Source of the DNA: a virus
Strand: one strand, 5' to 3'
Virus record (IMG/VR): IMGVR_UViG_3300047444_000617
Coordinates: 32,001 to 96,000 of that record
Length of the DNA: 64,000 nt
Every line of letters starts with the position of its first letter. The first letter of the stretch is position 1. Made by a program: the position numbers and the translations under genes. Shown one piece after another: positions 17,644 through 26,476 of the stretch. The notes beneath the pieces were generated by a model that saw nothing but the letters and a program-made list of their open reading frames with translations, searched no databases and was not told the origin of the DNA.

Positions 17644-18033
17644 TTACTTCGTGGCGGTCGGAGTTACGTCCGTCGTGTCCTTCGGGCACGGAATGGTCAC
17701 GTGCGCGGAGTGGGTGTACTTGAGTCCGTTCACGACCGCGTAAGGCGTGTCCGTGGATGTGGGCGCCGGGGACGGACCGACCACGAAAGTCACCTTGCAC
17801 AATCCGCCGGGATTCTGCGTCGCAGGTGCCTTTACGTACTTGATGACCGTGCGCGTAGGTTCCGGCGAGACGTCCGAAGAGAAATCCGATACGGATCTGG
17901 TGGTCTCCTGTACAGAAATTCCGATATGAAGTCCGCCAGAAGTCTGGTTCGGAATGCTAGCGATTCCGACTGCGGGAATGGCGACGAGAACTGCTGCGGC
18001 TGCTGCGGCCTTCAGGCCGTGGGGTATGGGCAT
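17644..18033 (-). CDS. Secreted/membrane-anchored Thr/Pro-rich protein
   Basis: N-terminal KAAAAAAVLVAIPAVGIA signal-like segment; two Cys. Confidence 0.6.
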   Translation of the reverse strand: MPIPHGLKAAAAAAVLVAIPAVGIASIPNQTSGGLHIGISVQETTRSVSDFSSDVSPEPTRTVIKYVKAPATQNPGGLCKVTFVVGPSPAPTSTDTPYAVVNGLKYTHSAHVTIPCPKDTTDVTPTATK

Positions 18034-18083
18034 AATCCGACTCCAATATCCTGCGGAAGAGTGAGAGGTACCTGCGGTATTTT

Positions 18084-18239
18084 CTACCCGCCGAGAAGCA
18101 CCGTACCGAAGCCGTCGCAGTGCACGCAGTCGGCCCTGTCGCGGTCCTCCCCCGTGCCGTGGCACCGCTTGCACTCGACCTCGACGTCAGCGTCCTCGTC
18201 GCTGTCGGCGGAAGACACTGCATTCACGTACGTGCTCAT
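18084..18239 (-). CDS. Small DnaJ-type zinc-finger protein (51 aa; missed by ORF track)
   Basis: CKRCHGTG...CVHCDGFG (two CxxCxGxG repeats). Confidence 0.7.
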   Translation of the reverse strand: MSTYVNAVSSADSDEDADVEVECKRCHGTGEDRDRADCVHCDGFGTVLLGG

Positions 18240-18248
18240 GAGAAGTAC

Positions 18249-19790
18249 TTACTCTCCCTGTTCGTTGAAGAAAGTTGGTACATCGACGACCTCAGCGTCG
18301 ATGAATCCGCTCGACTGCTCGATCATCCGGTCCGCTGACATCGGACGGTCGAGCGTTGTCATCTGCTCCCCCGCGTCCCGCCCGAAGATCCGGCTGATCA
18401 TCCCCGCCTGGGCGCCGTTCCCCTTGGCTTCCAGTTTCACGGAGAAGCCCTCCTGCTCCAGTTCGGTCTTGACCTTGACCAGTTTCTGAAGCCGGTCGAT
18501 CTCGCCGGACAGGTTCGGATCCGCGTATCCGCCGGTCATGTCCTCGACCATCTTCATGAAGAGCACCCGCTGCGCCTGCATCTCGATGAGCGAGTTCTGC
18601 AGCGACTGCATCTGCTGCTTGCTCTTCACCTGTACCGGGATGTCGTACGCGCAGTTGCTGTGCTGGTCGTACGCCGGGCACTTCGAGGACAGGAAGCAGG
18701 AGGAGCACTGCCGCATGGACTGGCTGCGCACCGTGACCAGGGGGACGTCACGTTCCTTGTTGAGCCCGTCCTCGGGGTCGGTGTAGGTCTCCTTCTCCTG
18801 CACCAGGCCGATGACCGGCAAGTTGGTACGCGGCCGGTCCTTCCTGGGCATGGGAGTTGATACGCCGTTGAGCGGTTCGGAGTCCGCCGTACCAACTTCA
18901 CCCCCCTGCAATTGAGCGAAACCGGAAAGTAGCCCGGAGGGGGAGGTAGTAACTGCTTCGGGTGAGTTCGGGCGGTGCTGCTCGATGGAGGCCGCCAACT
19001 GCTGCCACGACCAGATGGTGAAGCGCAGGACCTCGTCGTTGTCGCCGTCCTCGATCTTGTCGGCGTCGAAGCCCGCTTCTATGAATAGCGTGCGGTGCCT
19101 CTTTCGTGCCTGCTCCTTGTACTTCTTCGGGTAGCGCTTCAATTCCCGGCCGGTCCACACAATGGTGTCCCCGTATTGGCTGGGGGAAAGCCAGGAGGTC
19201 GACGCCACGCTGTCCCAGGTGACGGCTGCCATTTCCGCTGGCTTCGTCATGGCGACGCCGTGGAGCAGCGTGCCGTATTTCCTGGTGATCTCGTTGAGGA
19301 CCGGTGTGAGATTCCGTCCGTCGAGATCCGTCTGGGTAACTCCGACGCGCTTGTATCGCTGGGCGAGGCGGTCGAGTTCTTCGACTCCCCATTCCGCGTG
19401 CCATATGGGAAGGAATTTGTCTTCCGGGATGTCCTCCCAGAAGTCCTCCCGCATTGCGGCTATCCATTCGCGTCCGAGAACGACCGCGTCGAACTCGGAC
19501 ACCATATGAAGCGAGTCGATGTTCTGCTGGACGAACGCCATGTAGTGCGCGGCGATTTCCTTCAGTTCAGCGACGGAGTACTTGTCGTCCTCGGCCTTGT
19601 TCACCGTGTAGGCGCCGGAGTCCAGGAACACCTTCTGGTTGGGCAGGTAGTGGTCCTGGATCAGCCAGGGCCTGGAGAACTTGGTGCGTCGCCGCAGCCC
19701 CATGTACGACAAGGAGACGTTCTCCACGCCTTCCTCGGCCAGCATCTTCCGCCAGCCTGGAATCTCAGAGCCTCCCAGAAAGAGGTGCAC
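18249..19790 (-). CDS. TGT/DpdA-like (queuine tRNA-ribosyltransferase fold) protein fused to a Cys4 + coiled-coil C-terminal domain
   Basis: VFLDSGAYT, FLPIWH, LLHGVAMT, DSVASTSW follow the TGT-like motif order; C-terminal CSSC..C..C. Confidence 0.65.
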   Translation of the reverse strand: MHLFLGGSEIPGWRKMLAEEGVENVSLSYMGLRRRTKFSRPWLIQDHYLPNQKVFLDSGAYTVNKAEDDKYSVAELKEIAAHYMAFVQQNIDSLHMVSEFDAVVLGREWIAAMREDFWEDIPEDKFLPIWHAEWGVEELDRLAQRYKRVGVTQTDLDGRNLTPVLNEITRKYGTLLHGVAMTKPAEMAAVTWDSVASTSWLSPSQYGDTIVWTGRELKRYPKKYKEQARKRHRTLFIEAGFDADKIEDGDNDEVLRFTIWSWQQLAASIEQHRPNSPEAVTTSPSGLLSGFAQLQGGEVGTADSEPLNGVSTPMPRKDRPRTNLPVIGLVQEKETYTDPEDGLNKERDVPLVTVRSQSMRQCSSCFLSSKCPAYDQHSNCAYDIPVQVKSKQQMQSLQNSLIEMQAQRVLFMKMVEDMTGGYADPNLSGEIDRLQKLVKVKTELEQEGFSVKLEAKGNGAQAGMISRIFGRDAGEQMTTLDRPMSADRMIEQSSGFIDAEVVDVPTFFNEQGE

Positions 19791-19853
19791 GGTTGGTTTC
19801 TCCGAATCTTGTTCGTTGGTCCGGCAAGCCTATCCATTCAAGGCCTTTGCCTA

Positions 19854-20534
19854 TTACTTCTTGAGCGGCTTGACGGCGCTCGCGGGGAACAGGCCGGGCT
19901 GGGTGACGCGCGGCTTGCGGGCGGCCGTCGACTTCGGCTTGACCGCCTTGGGGCCCTCGCTGGCGGCCAGACCGAACTGCTGTGGGGCGCGGACCTGGCT
20001 CGGGCCGAACAGACCCTTCTGCACGGCGCGCTGCGGCGCCTTGGGAGCAGCCGGTGCCGGAGCCGACGGCTTGGCGGGGGCGGAGTACGGCTTGTCGAAC
20101 TCGCGCAGGTCCTGCACCTGCGAGGGGTGCGGGGCGGCCATCGGTGCGCTGGTGTGGGTGCTCGGCCGGTTGAAGGCGTTGTGGAAGTCCTCCCACGCGC
20201 CGCCCGACGGCTTGCTCTGCGCCTGGATGGAGTCCATCCGGGCGTTGAAAGTATGAAGGAGGTCGGAGGCTGCGGCGCTGTGCTTGGCCTGCCAGGTGTC
20301 GGCGGAGCGGCTGAACGACTTGCCGACCTTCTGCACGTCGCCGCTGGGGGTCGAGGAGGGGGCCTGGGTGGGCGCCGGGGAACCCTTCGGGCCCGGTCGG
20401 CGGCTGGGGGTCCTGGCAGGGTTCTCCAGGGCGCTCAGGCGGTCCTCGACGGAGCGCTTGCCGTGGAACTGCAGCGGGTGCAGGTAGCGGTCGCGGAACT
20501 GGGTGGCTATGGAGTGGAAAGCGAAGGCGCTCAT
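19854..20534 (-). CDS. Pro/Ala/Ser/Lys-rich, probably disordered protein with repeated QxGLF motifs
   Basis: ATGA coupling at 20531-20534; QKGLF, QPGLF. Confidence 0.65.
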   Translation of the reverse strand: MSAFAFHSIATQFRDRYLHPLQFHGKRSVEDRLSALENPARTPSRRPGPKGSPAPTQAPSSTPSGDVQKVGKSFSRSADTWQAKHSAAASDLLHTFNARMDSIQAQSKPSGGAWEDFHNAFNRPSTHTSAPMAAPHPSQVQDLREFDKPYSAPAKPSAPAPAAPKAPQRAVQKGLFGPSQVRAPQQFGLAASEGPKAVKPKSTAARKPRVTQPGLFPASAVKPLKK

Positions 20535-20830
20535 GGTCGGGTGTCCCTCCGGACGAAGTAGAGGTAGCGGTGTCCGGCCAGGAAGGAGGCGAGGAAACCG
20601 ACGTTGATCAGTGACCGCGCCGAGGTGGCTGAGGTCAGGAAGACCGCCGTGAAGGCGACGACGTTGGCGCTGTAGACGAACAAGGTGGCGGCCAGCCACT
20701 TCTCCGCCCGGCCCAGCCGGTACCAGACGGGGAGGTTCGCGCGCAGCAGCAGTGCCGCGAAGGACGCGCCGGTCAGGACGGCGAGGATGCGTGCGATGGC
20801 GATGACGACGAGGTATCCGTAGGTGCTCAA
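20531..20830 (-). CDS. Membrane protein (about 3 TM)
   Basis: TTGA coupling; three hydrophobic segments. Confidence 0.65.
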   Translation of the reverse strand: MSTYGYLVVIAIARILAVLTGASFAALLLRANLPVWYRLGRAEKWLAATLFVYSANVVAFTAVFLTSATSARSLINVGFLASFLAGHRYLYFVRRDTRP

Positions 20831-21321
20831 AGGATCTCCATGTGTGGGCGCTGGTCTTCTTCGCGCAGTGCTTGCTGACGCTCCACCTCCTCGCGCAGTA
20901 CCGACCAGGGGGTGACGGTTTCCTTGTAGTCGGGCCGGAACCTGGGGGATGCGTAGTTGGGGTGGAGGTAGTTCAGGACCGCTACGCCGTGGGCCATCAC
21001 GTGCGCGGCGATGGTGGGGTCCGGCTCGATCAGCAGCTCGACGCTGCACCCGGCCTGGCGGAGACGGGAGATCTGCTGCATCCGGCGCTCTCCGGGGTCT
21101 TCGGGGTCGCGGAGTTTCGCAGGGGTGATGTAGGGGTGCTTGTTGAAGCCGTTGACCCGCAGCCAGTAGTTGACCGGCTCGATGTCGGTGTCGTCGGTGA
21201 TCAGGGCGACCTTGTAGGTCTCCATCAGGCCCCAGTACAGGCGCTGGCCCTGGTGGATGACGGCCTGTCCGACCTCCTTGGCCAGTACCCCCTCGACGAC
21301 AATGGCGACGGTGGCGGTCAC
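20827..21321 (-). CDS. HAD-fold-like protein lacking the DxD nucleophile motif
   Basis: GTGA coupling; VAIVVEGVLA where HAD has hhhDxDGxL; hhhhT motif II (VALIT). Confidence 0.5.
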   Translation of the reverse strand: MTATVAIVVEGVLAKEVGQAVIHQGQRLYWGLMETYKVALITDDTDIEPVNYWLRVNGFNKHPYITPAKLRDPEDPGERRMQQISRLRQAGCSVELLIEPDPTIAAHVMAHGVAVLNYLHPNYASPRFRPDYKETVTPWSVLREEVERQQALREEDQRPHMEIL

Positions 21322-22313
21322 TGGCCACCCCGGTAGGGGGTGTTCCACAGGGCGGCCTTGGCAAGGGCGGTGGCTGCGTCCTCCAGGGGAGCGCCGTACA
21401 GGTCGATCTCCTGGGCGCTGCGGGCTTCGACGTCCATGCTGGCCAGCGTGTCCAGGGCCTGTACGGTCCCGGCCTCCTTGTGCGACTGCCACCGGAAGTT
21501 GGCGTAGTCGCCGTATCCCTCGCCGGTGGCGGTGAACGCCGCGCGTCGGCCGAGGTGTATGTCGTCGAACATGGCCTTGGCCTGCTGTACGACGATCTTC
21601 TGCGAGGACAGGGCGTTCTTCCAGCCCGGGGAGTTGTGGGTGAACGTGGCCGCCTGGGAGCGCAGCCGCTTGTACCGCTCGACCATGCGCCGCACGTCGA
21701 GGCGTTCGGCCTCGATGGCGTCCCGCCATTCCTTCGGGTACAGGCTGCGCGGGTCGTCCGGCAGCTCGGGCGGCCGGATGTCCCAGCGGTTGGCAGTGAG
21801 GTTGTAGGCGGCATAGGGGTGGATCGCCGCGATCGAGGACGCCGTGGTGCCGGGGTTGAGGTAGTAGGTGACCTCGTACGTCTGGCCGTGGAAGTCTGTT
21901 TGGGCGGTGTGGGGCCAGAGGTTCTTCTTGAGGTCGGAGTTGAGCAGGTCTGCGAATTCGCTCTCCGGCATCCCCTGGTAGGCCGGATTGGCCTGGCAGA
22001 ACTTCGGGTAGTCGACGCCGAAGAGAACGTCGAGATCACCGTTTCCGCGATCTCCGGCCCACTGGTAGGAGATGCCGGATCCGGCCAGCCACACTCCGAG
22101 CCAGGAATTGCGCGCTCTGTACCGGGTGTCGAGGAATCCGCTCAGCACGCCGAGTATGTGGTCGCGGACGTCGGGCTTGATCTGCTGCCCGTTGAAGATG
22201 TGCGGGTCCAGTCCGTGCTGGGGTGCGCTGAAATACCCGGAGGCGCCCGTATGAATGTCGGGCTGCTCTCTCTGGGCCACCGCGCGATTGAGATAGAACT
22301 CGTATCCGGCCAT
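21318..22313 (-). CDS. Pol-beta-superfamily nucleotidyltransferase
   Basis: LAGSGISYQWAGDRGNGDLDVLF = hGS...DhD motif; third acidic residue in YEVTYY. Confidence 0.75.
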   Translation of the reverse strand: MAGYEFYLNRAVAQREQPDIHTGASGYFSAPQHGLDPHIFNGQQIKPDVRDHILGVLSGFLDTRYRARNSWLGVWLAGSGISYQWAGDRGNGDLDVLFGVDYPKFCQANPAYQGMPESEFADLLNSDLKKNLWPHTAQTDFHGQTYEVTYYLNPGTTASSIAAIHPYAAYNLTANRWDIRPPELPDDPRSLYPKEWRDAIEAERLDVRRMVERYKRLRSQAATFTHNSPGWKNALSSQKIVVQQAKAMFDDIHLGRRAAFTATGEGYGDYANFRWQSHKEAGTVQALDTLASMDVEARSAQEIDLYGAPLEDAATALAKAALWNTPYRGGQ

Positions 22314-22338
22314 GACAACGATTCTAGCCGGAAATGGT

Positions 22339-22374
22339 AATCCCCCCGATTCCGAGTGGGGAATCGAGGGGATT
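22339..22374 (-). terminator. Hairpin terminator
   Basis: AATCCCCCGATTCC...GGAATCGAGGGGATT after stop at 22392. Confidence 0.55.
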
Positions 22375-22391
22375 TCTAGTTGGTATTTCTC

Positions 22392-22778
22392 TTACATCTT
22401 GAGGGCGGCGCGGAGCCGGGCCTCCTCGGCCTGCCGCTGCATGGCGGCGCCCGCCATGATCATCTGCTGCTGGGTGCGCTGGGCGGTCTCCATGGCCTGG
22501 ATGTCCTTCTGCACCACGGAGGCCGCACCGTAGATGTCGTCGAAGGTGGCGCCTCGGTCCAGCACCAGGTCGAGGGCGATGGCGAGGTTGGCGTCCGCCA
22601 CGACGGCGCCGTCCTTGCCGACGACGACGAGGAACGCGGTGGTGACGCGGGTGCCCGTCTCCTCGGCGGTGGGCGGGTTGTCCTCGGCCATCTTGGCCAG
22701 GGCCTGCTTCTGCTCGTCGGTGAGGTCGGTATGAAGCGGGGTGCTGGTGGTCTGGCCGAGGATCGGGATGTCAGTCAT
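22392..22778 (-). CDS. Hypothetical protein
   Basis: GGAG RBS, helical Q/A-rich C-terminus. Confidence 0.7.
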   Translation of the reverse strand: MTDIPILGQTTSTPLHTDLTDEQKQALAKMAEDNPPTAEETGTRVTTAFLVVVGKDGAVVADANLAIALDLVLDRGATFDDIYGAASVVQKDIQAMETAQRTQQQMIMAGAAMQRQAEEARLRAALKM

Positions 22779-22812
22779 GTGATGCTCCAGGTTGGGTTCG
22801 GGTGGTACCGGG

Positions 22813-23298
22813 TTACTTGTAGAGACCGGCCTTCGCGCGGGCGGCGGTCACGACCAGCGAGTGGACGGGGCAGAACTCGCACAGGTAGCGGTCCTGGGCG
22901 CTGCGGTACTTCGGCAGGCCTGCCGCCTTGCGCTCGGCGGCCGTGTCGGGGGTGAGCCGCTTGGAGCCGGTCTTGTAGTCCGAGCAGGCGGGGTTGCGGT
23001 TGTGCGACTTCCAGCAGGAGTGCGCGTCTTCCTGGAAGGTGTTCTTGGCGTTGTAGAACGCCGGGTCCAGGCCGGTGTGCCCCGTCTTCTCGCGTATCTG
23101 CGCGATGATCGACTTGCGGGTGCTCTCACTGTCCCAGTGCTTCTTCTCCACCCGCATCAGGGGGTGGGCGATGTGCTCGGGGTGCTTTTGCACCAGGGCT
23201 TCGAGGAGGAAGTCGTTCTCGGGCCTGCCCTCGTAGTCGGGCAGTTCCTCCAGCGACCCGCAGGTCTTGCAGAGGAGCAGTCGTACGTGCTCGGCCAT
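22813..23298 (-). CDS. Zinc-binding hypothetical protein
   Basis: CKTC, C..C, CEFCPVH motifs. Confidence 0.7.
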   Translation of the reverse strand: MAEHVRLLLCKTCGSLEELPDYEGRPENDFLLEALVQKHPEHIAHPLMRVEKKHWDSESTRKSIIAQIREKTGHTGLDPAFYNAKNTFQEDAHSCWKSHNRNPACSDYKTGSKRLTPDTAAERKAAGLPKYRSAQDRYLCEFCPVHSLVVTAARAKAGLYK

Positions 23299-23337
23299 GG
23301 TGTCCTTCCGAATCAATGCCAGGTGGCGTACAACATA

Positions 23338-23376
23338 GCATCCCTGTTACCGCATTGGAAACGGTAACAGGGATGC
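23338..23376. terminator. Perfect 15-bp inverted repeat downstream of the endolysin
   Basis: GCATCCCTGTTACCG / CGGTAACAGGGATGC. Confidence 0.65.
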
Positions 23377-23395
23377 GTTTACTGAGGGATGAGGG

Positions 23396-24394
23396 TTACT
23401 TGCCGGTGGCCAGGTAGCGGCCGAGCAGGACGTAGGAGTCCCCGCCCGTCGCGCCCTGGATCGCGACCTGCTTGCCGTTGATGACGACCTGGCCCGCCTT
23501 GGCGTGCGTGTAGCCCAGGGCGGCGTTGGCCGGACCGCCGACCGCGACGACGACGTCACCGGCAGCCAGAGCCGCCTTGGCCACGTCCACACGGCCGGTC
23601 GAGACGGCACCCTTGGGCTGGAAGGCGTCGGTTGCCGCCGCTGCCGTCAGGGTGTCGACAGCCTCGCCGAAGATGACCATGGTGTACGCCTTCGTGGGAG
23701 CAGGGGTAGGTGCGGGAACGGGCTTGGGGGTCACGGGGATGACCACCGGCGGCTTGTTGATGACCGGGACCGGGACGGGCTTCGGCTTGGGAGCCGGAAT
23801 GGCCAGGGCGGCCCAGGTATGAAGGTCACCGTTGAACATGTCGTTGTCCAGGCCGCCGACGATGCCGTACTGGTGCAGCGTCCACACCTTCCACGGCCCG
23901 ATCCTGGGGTGGCCCGCCGGGTTGGCCGGGTCGGCGATCCACAGCGGGTAGGACGTCAGGACGGCCTTGTTGGCCGCCGAGCACGCGGCGTAGACGTTGG
24001 TCATCCAGTACTCGTTGACGTACAGGATGGGAGAGGCACCGGTCTTGGCCTTCACGTGCGCCAGCCACCGCAGTGCGTACTCCGCCCGCTGGGTCCACGA
24101 GCCCTGATCCCACTCCAGGTCCAGCACCAGCACATCGCCGATGACGGCCTTGGCCTTGGACAGGAAGTAGTCGGCTTCCTTGATCGGGTCGTTGGCGGGG
24201 TGCGCGAAGTGGTAGTGCCCGATCGCCTTCTTCGCCTTGCGCGCCGCAGCCACGAACGTGTCGTGGTCCGGGTCGTGGAAGGTCAGGCCCTCGGTCGCCT
24301 TGGCGACGACGAAGGCGTTGCTGCTGCTGGCCACCGCAGCGAGCACCGTCTTGGAAGCGTTGACGTTCGCGACGTCGACACCGTGGAGAGACAT
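23396..24394 (-). CDS. Endolysin, GH25 muramidase + Pro-rich linker + C-terminal cell-wall-binding domain
   Basis: GVDV, KATEG, GHYHFA, LDLE, LWIA, HQY, D.D motifs of GH25. Confidence 0.88.
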   Translation of the reverse strand: MSLHGVDVANVNASKTVLAAVASSSNAFVVAKATEGLTFHDPDHDTFVAAARKAKKAIGHYHFAHPANDPIKEADYFLSKAKAVIGDVLVLDLEWDQGSWTQRAEYALRWLAHVKAKTGASPILYVNEYWMTNVYAACSAANKAVLTSYPLWIADPANPAGHPRIGPWKVWTLHQYGIVGGLDNDMFNGDLHTWAALAIPAPKPKPVPVPVINKPPVVIPVTPKPVPAPTPAPTKAYTMVIFGEAVDTLTAAAATDAFQPKGAVSTGRVDVAKAALAAGDVVVAVGGPANAALGYTHAKAGQVVINGKQVAIQGATGGDSYVLLGRYLATGK

Positions 24395-24399
24395 CTGAT

Positions 24400-24648
24400 T
24401 CAGAATCCTGCCTGCGCTGGAGGGGTCGGGACGTAGTTGGGGGTGTGCACCGGCTTGCCGTCGGGGCGAACCTTGATCTCCTCCTCATGCCTCCCGTACC
24501 AGACGTCGTTGAGGTCGACGCGGGTCCGGGAGGTCAGGGAGTCGGTCACGCCGATACCACCGCGCTCGGCGATGATCTTCTTGTACTTGCCGTCGGTCAT
24601 TCCCTCCGACAATTCGGCGTTCATGCTCCGGGATGGGGCGTATGCCAT
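24400..24648 (-). CDS. Hypothetical protein (possibly virion-associated)
   Basis: TAATG coupling. Confidence 0.65.
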   Translation of the reverse strand: MAYAPSRSMNAELSEGMTDGKYKKIIAERGGIGVTDSLTSRTRVDLNDVWYGRHEEEIKVRPDGKPVHTPNYVPTPPAQAGF

Positions 24649-24815
24649 TACTTCGCTCGCTTTCCGCTACCGTTCGACCCGACGCGCCGGTCGTTGAAGA
24701 TCGCCAGCGGCTTGGCCGACCCGGTGGAGCCGTGCCGGGCAACGTGGACGACGTTGTCGCCGAATCCGGGACCGCGCTTGTCGTCGGCGCGGCGTGCCTT
24801 CTTGTGCTTGGACAT
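24648..24815 (-). CDS. Small basic protein (55 aa; missed by ORF track)
   Basis: MSKHKKARRADDKRG...SGKRAK, coupled at both ends. Confidence 0.6.
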   Translation of the reverse strand: MSKHKKARRADDKRGPGFGDNVVHVARHGSTGSAKPLAIFNDRRVGSNGSGKRAK

Positions 24816-25108
24816 CAGAACCCCCCAATCGTCGGCCTTGAGGTTCCAGAATATCCTCCAAGGCTGCCTGTTCCGTTAGTCGGCCCAGGGTAGTAACGGT
24901 TTATGTTGAGCACGGCCTGAATACTCAGGGCCGTGGTCTTGTATCCGAACCTCGGAGGGAACAGAGGGCGGACAACCTGGGGTGGCGGGCTCTGGAGTGC
25001 AAGCACGTCACCTGGAACATCTGCAATGCCGAGCGCGTCCGTGAGAATCCGCTCAGGAAGAGAGGCCCACGGACGCGTGCGGTCGTACACGGAATCCGGC
25101 TGCTGCAT
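24815..25108 (-). CDS. Hypothetical protein
   Basis: ATG 25108 just after upstream stop. Confidence 0.6.
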   Translation of the reverse strand: MQQPDSVYDRTRPWASLPERILTDALGIADVPGDVLALQSPPPQVVRPLFPPRFGYKTTALSIQAVLNINRYYPGPTNGTGSLGGYSGTSRPTIGGF

Positions 25109-25110
25109 GA

Positions 25111-26364
25111 TCAGAACAACCTCTGCTGGCCCGGGTGGACCTCGGTATGAAGCCCGTTGCCCTTTCCGTAGGAGTTCAGGGAGGAGTCGTGGTTGTCTCC
25201 CCGTCGGCGCTTTTCCTCGCTCCACTGCGCGGACTGCATGTTGGTCAGCGAATTGAGGCCGCGCTCCGTCATCACCTTGCGGGCGACGTGGTCGTGGAAG
25301 GCGTGGATTCCCTTGATGCCCATGTAGGCCTCCTGGGACTCGCTACCCTTCTTGCTCTCCAGGTGCGGGGCGAAAGCGCCACCGCCGGAGTGCGTGTCGG
25401 ATACCCAGAACTGCGACGAGCCGTGGGGGTCGACCCACGAGTTGTGATAGGCGGAGACCTTCTCACCGGCTGTCGGCTTCCACGCGTCGGACAACTTCTC
25501 GCCGCCCAGGACCTTGTGCGTGACGTCGATGGCCAGCGCGTGGTTTCGCGGGTAGCCGTTGGCCGGGTACGCGCGGGTGTCCCCTTCCTTCTTCTCCAGT
25601 TTCGTGAACTGCTTGCCGCTGCGGGCGGTGACGGTCTTCTCGACCTTGTCCTCGCGCGGGACGTAGTAGTCGGGGTGGTAGTGGTACTCCTCGCCGGTGC
25701 GGCCCGACTTCGCCCACTGAATCGCGTGGGTGGCTGCCTCGTCGTTGGGGTAGACCGCCCTGCCCGTCTCCTTGTCCGGCCGCACGAACACGTTCTGCGG
25801 GGACGTGATGGCGTTGGCGGCGGCCTGCACACCGAACGGGACGCCGTTGTTCTTCGCCGACGTCTTCAGCCGCGCACGCGGGCTCAGGGAGCCGTTGCGG
25901 GTGTGGTCCTCGGCCGGGCTGTAGAAGGAGTCGTGGTGCCCGCCCTCGTGGTCGTACGCGCGGTCGACCTGGGCACCCAGAGCGCGGTGAGCCGACTCGG
26001 GGGTGACGCCGAACTTCGCGGCCGAGCGCAGCACGCGGGCCTGCTCGTGCGGCGCGAAGTCCTCCCACCGGCGATTGACCGGCATCATGTCGCGCGTGGG
26101 GTTCATGGTGTGCTGGCCGTGCCACACGTCCGACCCCTCCGGCCCGGCCAGTTCCATCTGGCCGTGCAGGTTGGGAGCCTTGTCGGTGTTGCCCATGAGC
26201 CGGTACGACTGCCGTGGGCTGGCGGCGGCCCCCGGCTTGTCCTGGATGGTCTGGAAGCGCTCGGGGTGCGCGCCCTCGAAGGACACGCGCTTGACGGTGG
26301 CGTCCTTGACCGTCTTGTTGTAGACGCGGGTCTCGGCCGCCTTCTCCGCTGGGGTCTTGGCCAT
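25111..26364 (-). CDS. Putative HhH/EndoIII-like DNA glycosylase-fold protein
   Basis: AITSPQN...GEKVSAYHNS...VSDTH...MQSAQW pattern; ends QQRLF. Confidence 0.4.
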   Translation of the reverse strand: MAKTPAEKAAETRVYNKTVKDATVKRVSFEGAHPERFQTIQDKPGAAASPRQSYRLMGNTDKAPNLHGQMELAGPEGSDVWHGQHTMNPTRDMMPVNRRWEDFAPHEQARVLRSAAKFGVTPESAHRALGAQVDRAYDHEGGHHDSFYSPAEDHTRNGSLSPRARLKTSAKNNGVPFGVQAAANAITSPQNVFVRPDKETGRAVYPNDEAATHAIQWAKSGRTGEEYHYHPDYYVPREDKVEKTVTARSGKQFTKLEKKEGDTRAYPANGYPRNHALAIDVTHKVLGGEKLSDAWKPTAGEKVSAYHNSWVDPHGSSQFWVSDTHSGGGAFAPHLESKKGSESQEAYMGIKGIHAFHDHVARKVMTERGLNSLTNMQSAQWSEEKRRRGDNHDSSLNSYGKGNGLHTEVHPGQQRLF

Positions 26365-26474
26365 CAGCCGCCCACTCCCTGAGTCTTCTTGGCAGCCTGC
26401 ATGGACTGCACGGGGTTCTTCGGTGAGGCCTTCTTGATGGCGTCGAGCTGGCCCCGGAACTCCTGGGTGCGCAC
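26364..26474 (-). CDS. Very small basic protein (36 aa)
   Basis: GGAG RBS, TGATG coupling to next gene. Confidence 0.45.
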   Translation of the reverse strand: MRTQEFRGQLDAIKKASPKNPVQSMQAAKKTQGVGG

Positions 26475-26476
26475 GG

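Noticed and set aside
18249-19790. Complete 7-deazaguanine DNA-modification pathway
   Set aside because: No folE/queD/queE/queC in the window, and the putative nucleophile appears substituted
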